DNA of 64,000 nt from positions 12,278-76,277 of the forward strand of contig JBGVEN010000017.1 of the NCBI GenBank assembly GCA_045120135.1, read 5' to 3'. This DNA is from Monoglobaceae bacterium (lineage in GTDB: Bacteria; Bacillota; Clostridia; Monoglobales; Monoglobaceae). Numbering within the stretch: the first letter of the stretch is position 1; every line of letters begins with the position of its first letter. A model generated the notes under the pieces. The model did no database searches and was not told where the DNA came from. It saw nothing but the letters and a program-made list of their open reading frames with translations. The position numbers and the translations under genes are program-made. This document shows positions 35,558 to 44,024 of this stretch, piece by piece.

Positions 35558-37123
35558 TTACGGCATTTCACCTACATAGAGAAAGTGTATTTTAATTTTA
35601 ACTTCCCTTTTTCCTGCAATTATTTCCTCGCTTATTAATATTGTATCTATAAGGTCTGTCAAAATATCTCGGTTCAGGTCGGATATGTTGCAATATTTTT
35701 TTATTGTATTTATCCATTTTACGGAATCGGAAGTATAGTTTTTTATTGACTGCATTCGGTCACTTGCTGATTTAAGGTTGGATTCCACTTCTAATTGTTC
35801 AGCCTCGTATTCACTTAAAAGCGTGGAGAAAACTTTATCGGATATTTTTTGGTTTACGTTATCTTCGTAAAGTTGTTTCATTAAAATTTTTATTTCGTTA
35901 TTACGTGAAGTCAGGGATGATAAGCGTGAGTTTAAAGAAGCTAACTCGTCTTTATAACGAGACTCTAACAGCGCTTCAAGTTCGCTGCGTTTTCTTTTTG
36001 CCATAGTGGCATATTTTTTTATTTCGCTAACAACATACTGCTTAAGTTCGTCTTTTCGTATATAATGGCTGCTACATTTTTCGTTGCCGTATCTTCTGTA
36101 TTGGGCACATGAATAGTATTCAACCATATGTGATGCGGAAAAAGAAACAGCATAACCGCATTCGTTACAGTTCAGAAACCCGGAAAAAAGGTGAGGTTTT
36201 TGACTGCGATTTACTTTGTGGTGTTCAGCAATAATCTGTTGAACTTTTTCCCAAGTATCGAGTGAGACAATTGGTTCGTGAGTGTTGGGCGTTATTAACC
36301 AATCATCTTTGGGTTTTCGCTTTGATGGGGAGCGTTTAAACTGAGAGCAATCATATAATCCTTGCACCATATCACCGACATATATGCGGTTTTTTAATAT
36401 AGTAAGTATTGCTGCTGCGCCCCATTCTTTTTGATAGTTGGGTTGTTGACCCAAACGCATTTTCCTGTATTCAAGAGGCGGAAGAATTTTGTCACGGTTT
36501 AGACTTTTTGCTATTTTTACGCTGCCTATACCGGAAAGCGCCATTTCAAAGATATTTTTTACTATTGGAGCTGAAAACTCATCAATAATAAGCTTATTTT
36601 TGTTATCTGGATTTTTCTTATATCCATAAGGTGCGTAATTGCTTAAAAATTCGCCTTTTTCTTTTCTGGTCTTCACCGCTGAACGAATCTTTTTTGAGAT
36701 ATCCTTAGCGTACATTTCGTTAAGGATGTTTTTGAAGGGGGCAATATCGTTGTTGTTATTCAGGGTATCAATACCATCGTCAAGGGCTATAAAACGCACA
36801 TTTTTGGCGGGGAAAAATATTTCGGTATAGTGACCGGTAAGTATGTAATTTCTGCCAAGTCGAGACAGGTCTTTTACCAAAACGGTGTTAATCTTCCCAT
36901 TCTCTATATCAACGAGAAGTCTTTGGAATTCGGGACGGTTGAAGTTAGTTCCGCTCCAACCATCGTCTATGTAATAGTCGTGGATAAGCCAATGATGTTC
37001 TTTAGCATATTTTTCAAGCATTATTTTTTGGGTCAAAATACTTGAACTTTCTGCATTTGCTGCAATATCGTCTTTGGATAGCCTGCAGTAGATTGCGACA
37101 AGGCATTTGTTTGTGTTGTTCAT
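35558..37123 (-). CDS. Large serine recombinase (LSR-2), probable integrase of the island
   Basis: 521 aa with VAIYCRLSKDD catalytic N-terminus, VKDLSRLGRN, a recombinase domain, a zinc ribbon (CNECGYAV...CAQYRRYGNEKC) and a coiled coil. It is the last gene of an immR-immA-int arrangement next to the right junction. Confidence 0.9.
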   Translation of the reverse strand: MNNTNKCLVAIYCRLSKDDIAANAESSSILTQKIMLEKYAKEHHWLIHDYYIDDGWSGTNFNRPEFQRLLVDIENGKINTVLVKDLSRLGRNYILTGHYTEIFFPAKNVRFIALDDGIDTLNNNNDIAPFKNILNEMYAKDISKKIRSAVKTRKEKGEFLSNYAPYGYKKNPDNKNKLIIDEFSAPIVKNIFEMALSGIGSVKIAKSLNRDKILPPLEYRKMRLGQQPNYQKEWGAAAILTILKNRIYVGDMVQGLYDCSQFKRSPSKRKPKDDWLITPNTHEPIVSLDTWEKVQQIIAEHHKVNRSQKPHLFSGFLNCNECGYAVSFSASHMVEYYSCAQYRRYGNEKCSSHYIRKDELKQYVVSEIKKYATMAKRKRSELEALLESRYKDELASLNSRLSSLTSRNNEIKILMKQLYEDNVNQKISDKVFSTLLSEYEAEQLEVESNLKSASDRMQSIKNYTSDSVKWINTIKKYCNISDLNRDILTDLIDTILISEEIIAGKREVKIKIHFLYVGEMP

Positions 37124-37159
37124 TTAAATTCCTCTTGAACATTATAATTATTGTCGAGG

Positions 37160-37311
37160 AAACGGCGAAACGCCGTTTTTAGCGGAACAAGTTCCGCAAC
37201 TATCAAGCAATGGGCTTGAAAGCCTCACATAATTGCAATAATGTCGGTCTATGAAAACAGAGTTTTCATAGGGGTTTGCGATATGGCGCAAACAAAAACG
37301 CATATGCGTTT
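37160..37311. repeat. Array of six unrelated short hairpins/palindromes in the immA-LSR spacer
   Basis: aaacggcg-aaa-cgccgttt; gcggaac-aa-gttccgc; ggctt-ga-aagcc; ctatgaaaac-aga-gttttcatag; tttgcg-atatgg-cgcaaa; aaacgcatatgcgttt. Confidence 0.6.
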
Positions 37312-37367
37312 TACCGACTATTATTATAACACAATACAAATAAAGTTGCAACAATGAGTTTGGTGGG

Positions 37368-38066
37368 TTATTCTCCAATGCAATCAAGACAGGGGGTGTA
37401 GCCCTTGGATATAGCCTTGTCTATTGTCATTTGGGTTGTATTTGTTTTATATTTTACGTGTTTGCAAAAGTCTCTGTGGTAGCGTATGCCCGTGGTTGTA
37501 ACATAGTAGGGTTGGGTTAAAGCTGTGGATTGATGTATTGAAAATACAGCTTTAACCTGAGGTGTGTTTGTTATGCAGATACCGCCGGCGGCAAGAAGAA
37601 GTAACACAAAAATCAGAATACAGACAAGCTTTCGCCTTAAAAATATTGAGATTATTTTTGTCAGCAGAGACGGGTGTTCAAGGTAATGAGCAAATTCGTT
37701 TGCGAAGGCTTCTTGCTCGATTTTGGAGTATATGTGATTTGGTGCATCAAGGCGTTTGTCACATATATGGCCAAGCTCGTGGCAGAGAAGCGTTATCTTT
37801 TCGGATTCCTTTAAATCAGAATTAATAAAAAGGAATTTTATGTTGCCGTCCACATAGACAAAGCTATTTTCTGTGGAAATTCTGTATTCAAGCCTGAGAG
37901 TTTGGATTAATTCATTGACCTCAGATGTGTTGTTGTATTTGTTATATTCAATTATTGTAAAACCGTTGTTTTGGATAAGTTCTTCCAAAGTTTTAAGGCT
38001 CGGTGCTACACTCAATCGGTTTTTACGCATTAGTTTTTGAGAAAGTTTTTTGGGAGAATCAGTCAT
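37368..38066 (-). CDS. ImmA/IrrE-family metallopeptidase with a TM helix and a C-terminal Ada-like zinc-binding motif
   Basis: HExxH in LLCHELGHICD, then EQEAFANEFA. A hydrophobic helix follows (LVCILIFVLLLLAAGGICI). The C-terminus reads YYVTTTGIRYHRDFCKHV...GYTPCLDC. Confidence 0.75.
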   Translation of the reverse strand: MTDSPKKLSQKLMRKNRLSVAPSLKTLEELIQNNGFTIIEYNKYNNTSEVNELIQTLRLEYRISTENSFVYVDGNIKFLFINSDLKESEKITLLCHELGHICDKRLDAPNHIYSKIEQEAFANEFAHYLEHPSLLTKIISIFLRRKLVCILIFVLLLLAAGGICITNTPQVKAVFSIHQSTALTQPYYVTTTGIRYHRDFCKHVKYKTNTTQMTIDKAISKGYTPCLDCIGE

Positions 38067-38490
38067 TGTTTGTTTTGTCCTTTATCTTTTGCGCAAGGGT
38101 AAGAATGAGTTTTTCCTCATCGGTAAGGGGAGTATCGGAAGTAAGGCTGCCGTAAGCTGCGATGGTGGGCGCTGCTTGTGTTGCTGTGATTCTTCGATAC
38201 TCGGTTTCGGCAACGGAGCAGACGGTATGTTTGCCCAAATCATCCAATACGGTATATTTTTCGATAAGCTCGGTTAGTTGTTTGTCGTTAACAACCGGTA
38301 TATTGTTTGCGTGTGATATGTCAAGGGTGTCGAAAATTTTCATTACCATATTATAATTTGATGCACCAACGCCGTTTTTGAGAATAAAGTTTACAGTTGT
38401 TCGGGGGATGCCGATATATTGTGCAAAGTTTTCAATGGTTTTGAATTTTTCTTTGATTCTTTTTCTTATAAGCTCTTTGTATAAATCCAT
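38059..38490 (-). CDS. XRE-family HTH regulator (ImmR-like)
   Basis: ATG at 38490 follows GAGGTGA. The HTH is FKTIENFAQYIGIPRTTVNFILKNG. Its stop overlaps the immA start by 8 nt. Confidence 0.75.
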   Translation of the reverse strand: MDLYKELIRKRIKEKFKTIENFAQYIGIPRTTVNFILKNGVGASNYNMVMKIFDTLDISHANNIPVVNDKQLTELIEKYTVLDDLGKHTVCSVAETEYRRITATQAAPTIAAYGSLTSDTPLTDEEKLILTLAQKIKDKTNND

Positions 38491-38687
38491 TTTTATCACC
38501 TCTGTTTGTATTATATAGTATATAAAAGAACATGTCAAGACGGTGTGATGAATAAAGAGTTAATTTATCATATAATATTTATAGGCAAGATGTTGACCAT
38601 ACAAAAGCGGCTGATTTATCAAAAATCAGTCGCTTTTATATCTCCCAACCTCTTGCGCGCCAAGGGGTTCCAACTGTTGCCAGTATT

Positions 38688-39217
38688 TCGACATCCCATT
38701 GGATTGTGAAGTGGCCGGTGTCACGCATTGCGCCGACAACTGCATTGTTGTAGTCGCCATAGGGGGCACGGAAGAGGTTGGGTTTTATGCCGGTTATTTT
38801 TTCGATTTTTTGGTCGCAGCTCTGGACTTCTTCTTTCATTTTTTCTGTTGTAAGCTGGGTCATATGGGGATGGGTGTCTGAATGATTCATAATTTCGTGA
38901 CCTGCGTCGGATAGTTGTTTTACCGATTCGGGGAATTTATCAACCCAACCGCCAACCACAAAAAATGTGGTTTTAACATTATATTTATTCATTATTTCGA
39001 TTAACTGTCCGGTGTCTTCGTTGCCCCAGGCGGCATCAAAACTCATTGCAACAACCTTGTCATCTTCGGCTTTTTGAACGCAGTAGATGGGCAAATCTCG
39101 TTTCCCACCCGATACAGGCAGTACATCACTTTTTCCTATGTAAACCAGAGAAAATGCAAGCAGGACAACAAGCGAAAGCATTATTCCCGTGCGTTTGGTT
39201 ATTACGAAAATCTTCAT
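38688..39217 (-). pseudogene. Polysaccharide deacetylase (NodB family), N-terminal 176 codons; read-through into island DNA adds 17 unrelated codons (the tracked ORF ends at 38636)
   Basis: TM helix, then VVAMSFDAAWGNEDT (motif 1), GHEIMNHSDTHPH (motif 2) and LFRAPYG (motif 3), ending HFTIQWDV and then EILATVGTPWRARGWEI-stop. Confidence 0.85.
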
Positions 39218-39342
39218 ATTGTCAAATCCTTTCAAAATAATTCCTTTGATTAAATATATTCATTCAAATATGATTTAGACTAAATTGGAGAAAAGTTGAT
39301 ATAATGAGAATCATAAATGCAATAACACAAAGCTGTGTGCGA

Positions 39343-39371
39343 TTGACAAGACTGGTAAAATAAGATATACT
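39343..39371 (+). promoter_or_regulatory. Putative sigma-A promoter of the malic enzyme gene
   Basis: TTGACA, 17 nt, TATACT. Confidence 0.5.
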
Positions 39372-39404
39372 GGACGTATTGATTTGTCAAAGGAGCGACA
39401 GAAA

Positions 39405-40577
39405 ATGGATATAAAAAAACTTGCACTTGAGAAGCATTATGACTGGAAGGGCAAAATTGAGGTTGTGTCACGGACTAAGGTGGAGAATAGCCTGGATTTA
39501 TCCACGGCTTACACTCCCGGAGTGGCTGAGCCGTGTCTTGTTATAAAGGATGACAAAGATAAGTCTTACGAGCTTACACGCCGGCATAATTTGGTTGCGG
39601 TAATTACTGACGGCTCGGCGGTTCTTGGACTTGGGGACATTGGCCCTGAGGCAGGTATGCCTGTTATGGAGGGCAAGTGTGTTTTATTTAAGGAGTTTGC
39701 TGATGTTGATGCGTTCCCCCTTTGCATAAAGACCAAGGATGTGGAAGAGCTGGTGCAGACCATATATAACATTTCAGGCTCGTTTGGTGGAATAAATCTT
39801 GAGGATATTGCAGCGCCCCGTTGCTTTGAGGTTGAACGAAGACTCAAGGAGATGTGTGATATTCCGGTGTTCCACGATGACCAGCACGGAACGGCGATTG
39901 TTGTTGCGGCGGCGCTTCTTAACGCTTTGCGTGTAGTTAACAAAAAGATTGACGAGATTAAGCTTGTTATAAACGGGGCAGGCAGTGCAGGCACGGCTAT
40001 TGCAAATCATTTGCTACGGCTGGGAGTGAAAAATCTTATTCTTTGTGATAAGTGTGGTATAATTTGTGAAGGAATGGACGGACTCAGCGAGGCACATGCG
40101 GAAATGAGCCGGAAAACCAATCCTGAGAAGATGATGGGAAGTCTTTCGGATGCACTTTGCGGCGCTGATGTGTTCATTGGTGTTTCCGCTCCTAATATTG
40201 TTTCGGCTGAAAATATTAAGTCAATGGCAGAGGGTGCGATTGTGTTCCCGATGGCAAATCCTGTGCCGGAGATTATGCCCGATTTAGCTCTTGAGGCAGG
40301 TGCGGCTGTTGTGGGAACGGGCCGGTCTGATTTCGCCAATCAGATAAACAATGTTTTGGCTTTTCCCGGAATATTCCGAGGTGCGCTTGATGTGAGGGCT
40401 TCGGACATAAATGAGAAAATGAAGATGGCGGCATCCTATGCGATTGCCGGACTTGTTGCGGATGATGAGCTGAGTTCGGAGTACATAATTCCCAAGGCCT
40501 TTGACCCGAGAGTGGGCAAGGCGGTTGCCGAGGCGGTGGCTAAGGCGGCGGTTGAGTCAGGAGTTGCAAGAATTTAG
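39405..40577 (+). CDS. NAD(P)-dependent malic enzyme (short bacterial type)
   Basis: LSTAYTPGVAEPC, VITDGSAVLGLGDIGPEAGMPVMEGK, INGAGSAGTAI Rossmann motif. ATG at 39405 follows AAGGAG. Confidence 0.9.
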   Translation: MDIKKLALEKHYDWKGKIEVVSRTKVENSLDLSTAYTPGVAEPCLVIKDDKDKSYELTRRHNLVAVITDGSAVLGLGDIGPEAGMPVMEGKCVLFKEFADVDAFPLCIKTKDVEELVQTIYNISGSFGGINLEDIAAPRCFEVERRLKEMCDIPVFHDDQHGTAIVVAAALLNALRVVNKKIDEIKLVINGAGSAGTAIANHLLRLGVKNLILCDKCGIICEGMDGLSEAHAEMSRKTNPEKMMGSLSDALCGADVFIGVSAPNIVSAENIKSMAEGAIVFPMANPVPEIMPDLALEAGAAVVGTGRSDFANQINNVLAFPGIFRGALDVRASDINEKMKMAASYAIAGLVADDELSSEYIIPKAFDPRVGKAVAEAVAKAAVESGVARI

Positions 40578-40874
40578 AATTAAAAAGCAGGACAGTTCTT
40601 TATGAACTGTCCTGCTCAGCGTGTCGCTAAACTCGACACGCTGAGCAGATGCCGAAAAACGCCCGTATATTTTGTGAAATTGTTTTCGTCGGCGTACTGG
40701 TGTACGGTAGAGAACAATTTCGCAAAAAGCAAGCAATGGTGCGGTTTTCTCGATGAGAACCGCACCATTTTTTTGTTTTTCGGTATGTCGTAAATGCCAT
40801 ACCCTACGTTTATTTTGTTTTAAGTTGCTTGCGATAGACCAAGTTTTTCGACAGTTTGAAGCATAGGGGGATAA

Positions 40875-42242
40875 TTAGAAACCAAAATAATTTCTTGCGT
40901 TTTTGTAGCAGACACCCTCGACAATTACTTTGAGTGAGTCAAGGTCGTCAGGATATTCGCCTTCCTCGACCCAGCGGCCGATGAGATTGCAGAATATGCG
41001 CCTGAAATACTCATGGCGTGGATATGAAACAAAGCTTCGGGAGTCGGTGAGCATTCCTATAAAATTACCCAAAATACCCAGGTTGGCAAGGGCTTTCATT
41101 TGTTCCTCCATACCGTCACGGTTGTCGTTGAACCACCATCCTGAACCGAATTGAATTTTACCGGCAATGGGGCCCTTCTGGAAGTTACCCAGCATTGTTC
41201 CCAAAACATAGTTGTCCTTGGGGTTCAGGGTGTAAAGAATGGTTTTTGGCAATATATTGCTTTTGTTCAGATAATTCATAAATGCAGAGAGCTTTTCGGC
41301 AATACAGAGGTCATTTATTGAGTCGAAGCCGGTGTCAGGCCCCAATGATTTAAACATTTTGCTGTTGTTATTGCGGAGGGCACCGATATGTAACTGCATT
41401 GCCCAGTTTAAGGCTGTATAATGTTTTGCACATTCTGCCATAATTGCAGTTTTGAAGGTGTCGATTTCCTCAATTGTAAGGTCGCATCCATTGAGCTTTT
41501 TCTCAAACACGGCCTTTGCGTCACCGAGTGCAAAGGGGACATATTCGAGAGCGTGGTCTGACAGGCGGCAACCGTTTTCGTGGAAAAGGTTTATTTTATC
41601 GCCTACCCAATTAATTATTTTTTCAAAGCTGTCAAGCCCATTTGTTTTGATGTAGGGCAGAAATTCTGGTTTTTCGATATTAACAAGCTTGTCGGGGCGG
41701 AAGGTGGGAAGAATTGAAGTTTTAAAACCTTCGTCCTTCAGTTGCCTGTGGTATCTCAAATCATCGGCCGGGTCATCGGTGGTGCAGATGATTTCGACAT
41801 TTGAGCGTTTGATTAAGTTCTTTGCCGAGTAGTCGTCACGGGAAAGGAGCTCGTTGCATTTGTCCCAGATTTCTTTTGCGGTTGACTCGCAAAGAGGGGT
41901 GTCAATGTTGAAGTATCGCTTCAACTCAAGGCTTGTCCAGTGGTAGATGGGATTTCCGATGAGCAACGGGAAGGTTCGTGCAAAGCAGAGCCATTTCTCA
42001 TACTCGTTGCCGTTTCCGGTAATCATTTCTTCGTCAATGCCGTTGGAGCGCATCTGACGCCACTTGTAATGGTCGCCGCCAAGAAACAAATCATAGGCGT
42101 TTTTGAATTTATAGTCTTCGGCAATCATTTGTGGTGAAAGATGACAATGATAGTCGATGATTGGTAAGTCCTTTGCAAATTCTGTATAGAGTTTTTGCGC
42201 GGTTTTGTTTTTTAACATAAAGTTATCGTTAATAATTCCCAT
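40875..42242 (-). CDS. uxaC: Glucuronate isomerase
   Basis: 455 aa with N-terminal FMLKNKTAQKLY...LPIIDYHCHL; sits in a uxa cluster. Confidence 0.85.
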   Translation of the reverse strand: MGIINDNFMLKNKTAQKLYTEFAKDLPIIDYHCHLSPQMIAEDYKFKNAYDLFLGGDHYKWRQMRSNGIDEEMITGNGNEYEKWLCFARTFPLLIGNPIYHWTSLELKRYFNIDTPLCESTAKEIWDKCNELLSRDDYSAKNLIKRSNVEIICTTDDPADDLRYHRQLKDEGFKTSILPTFRPDKLVNIEKPEFLPYIKTNGLDSFEKIINWVGDKINLFHENGCRLSDHALEYVPFALGDAKAVFEKKLNGCDLTIEEIDTFKTAIMAECAKHYTALNWAMQLHIGALRNNNSKMFKSLGPDTGFDSINDLCIAEKLSAFMNYLNKSNILPKTILYTLNPKDNYVLGTMLGNFQKGPIAGKIQFGSGWWFNDNRDGMEEQMKALANLGILGNFIGMLTDSRSFVSYPRHEYFRRIFCNLIGRWVEEGEYPDDLDSLKVIVEGVCYKNARNYFGF

Positions 42243-42328
42243 ATGAAAATCTCCTTTTGTGTATTGATAAGGTGTGTAAGATTTTTCGCCTGCGGCTTAG
42301 AATGACAAAGAATAGCAGTAGAGAATGG

Positions 42329-43981
42329 TTATTCCTCGCTGAACAGTTTTTTAACTTCGTTAAAGGCGAGCTTTGGTCTGCGATAAAGGTCTACTACGCC
42401 TTTATTGTTCTGAGTTTTGGGGCGATTGCCGTAGAGACGCTGTTCGTCTACCCGACAGTCGGCAAACAGCCAGATGAAAAGTCCGGTCAGTTTGTCGTTA
42501 TTCAGGTATGCTCTGATATTGCTTGTGAGAATTTCCGCCTGGCGTTCCTCGCTCCATTTAACCTTTGTTATGTCACGATAGCCATAAATACCGCCGGCAC
42601 CAAATTCGCTGATAATCATTGGCTTATTCTTGCCGTCAGTTTCATTTTGAATCCATTTGTGAAGCTTGTCGAGTTCTTCTTTTTCGTCCAGATTGAAGTA
42701 CCAACCATTGTAAATGTTATAGGAGACAATATCAGGGTAGCTGAGGGTTTTGTCGGTGTAGTATTTGTTTGATGCAGATGTGGTGGGGCGTGAGGGGTCA
42801 AGCGCTTTTATCTGTTCGTACTGTCTGTGGTATATCTCTGCGCCCTCCGGCGTGTCAGCTGCACATTCGTTCAGAATTCCCCAGATGACAATGGAGGGGT
42901 GGTTGAAGTGGTTTTCAATCATTTCGTCAATACAGACTTTGCATTGCCTTTCAAAGTTGGGGTTTTGCATCTGGCTTAGCTCGTGACCTCTGGCGTGGTT
43001 TTCCTCCCACACGAAAATTCCACGTTCGTCGCACATATCCAGAAATCTTTCGTCGTTGGGATAATGGCTTGTTCGTACGGCATTTGCCCCCAGCTCCTCG
43101 AATAAGTCAAGGTCAAAGGATAAAAGCTGCGGAGGGATTGCACAGCCTACTGTGGCATAGTCTTCGTGTCGGTTGAGACCTTTCAGAAATACCGGTTCGC
43201 CGTTAACCATAAGATGGGTTTTGTCAAAGGTGACTGTTCGGAAACCGACTCTTTCAATCAGGTCATCGCCATCGATTTCAGCTTTTAACAGGTAGAGGTT
43301 AGGGGTTTTATTGCTCCAAGCCTGTGCGTCGGGGTAGTTTTGTTCAAACATATAGCACTTTTCGGCGTTTGCCGGAACGATAACGCATTCCTTGTGGTTT
43401 ATACCTGCAAGATTTGTTTTCAGGGTTACTGTTTTTTCGGTATCCGAAAGGTTTGAAAGGCAAACCTCGGTTTTGCCGCTCCACACGCCGTTTGTATATT
43501 TGGGGGTAAAGTGGATGTATCTGATATAGACGTCGGGGATATATTCCATTGTTATGGGACGGATAATTCCGCCGTAGGTATAGTAGTCATTTGGAATATG
43601 CAATGCCGAAGCTTCACTGAAACGGTTGTCAACTTCGATTGTCAGTTCGTGTTCACCGGCTGAGACGTTTTTAAGGACTAGCGAAAACGGGGTAAAGGCA
43701 TTGTAGTGATTACCGATTTTTTCACCGTCAAAATACACATCTGCGGTGTGACTGATGCCCTTGAACTCAAGGCGGATGTTACTGTTTTCCATTATGGTTA
43801 CTGTTCGGCTGTATGTGCCTTTGCCTTGGTGAGTTGTAAAGTGGGGATGCTGTTCCCAGCATGCTGGGACGGGCATTTTATAGGTTTTGTCAAAACCATC
43901 CATTTTAAAATTCCATACACCGTCCAGACTTTTTTCGTTACGGATAATATGTGTATCAAAGCTTCTGTTCATAATGACCAT
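42329..43981 (-). CDS. GH2-family glycoside hydrolase, probably a beta-glucuronidase
   Basis: Sugar-binding, Ig-like and TIM-barrel order. NAVRTSHYP, WEENHARG and WGILNECA (acid/base Glu region) are present. It lies in a hexuronate context. Confidence 0.7.
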   Translation of the reverse strand: MVIMNRSFDTHIIRNEKSLDGVWNFKMDGFDKTYKMPVPACWEQHPHFTTHQGKGTYSRTVTIMENSNIRLEFKGISHTADVYFDGEKIGNHYNAFTPFSLVLKNVSAGEHELTIEVDNRFSEASALHIPNDYYTYGGIIRPITMEYIPDVYIRYIHFTPKYTNGVWSGKTEVCLSNLSDTEKTVTLKTNLAGINHKECVIVPANAEKCYMFEQNYPDAQAWSNKTPNLYLLKAEIDGDDLIERVGFRTVTFDKTHLMVNGEPVFLKGLNRHEDYATVGCAIPPQLLSFDLDLFEELGANAVRTSHYPNDERFLDMCDERGIFVWEENHARGHELSQMQNPNFERQCKVCIDEMIENHFNHPSIVIWGILNECAADTPEGAEIYHRQYEQIKALDPSRPTTSASNKYYTDKTLSYPDIVSYNIYNGWYFNLDEKEELDKLHKWIQNETDGKNKPMIISEFGAGGIYGYRDITKVKWSEERQAEILTSNIRAYLNNDKLTGLFIWLFADCRVDEQRLYGNRPKTQNNKGVVDLYRRPKLAFNEVKKLFSEE

Positions 43982-44024
43982 TCCTTTGCATAAATTTGGT
44001 GTTTAAAAATAACTGAAAAATAAT

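Larger units (their letters stand above)
11155..38689. mobile_element. Integrated genomic island of about 27.5 kb (serine-recombinase type, non-phage, non-conjugative) inserted in the deacetylase gene
   Basis: It splits one ORF. A shared TC dinucleotide lies at 11155-56 and 38688-89. The ends carry TGGCAACAG (11162-11170) and CTGTTGCCA (38674-38682) in inverted orientation, equidistant from the crossover. The interior is visibly more AT-rich than the flanks and carries three serine recombinases and an immR-immA module. Confidence 0.85.

Noticed and set aside
37148-37387. 79-aa ORF in the immA-LSR spacer
   Set aside because: It runs through the hairpin array, has no RBS, and its end overlaps immA. 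The structure, not coding capacity, explains this region.
38636-38687. The last 17 codons of the tracked 199-aa ORF (EILATVGTPWRARGWEI)
   Set aside because: This is read-through into island DNA past the recombination junction and is not part of the native deacetylase.
39236-39342. A sporulation-sigma (sigma-E/K/G) promoter upstream of the deacetylase N-terminal fragment
   Set aside because: A TCATATT box is present, but no correctly spaced -10 element could be found. The promoter class therefore cannot be called from sequence alone.
42257-42772. 171-aa plus-strand ORF
   Set aside because: It is antisense to the GH2 glycosidase gene.
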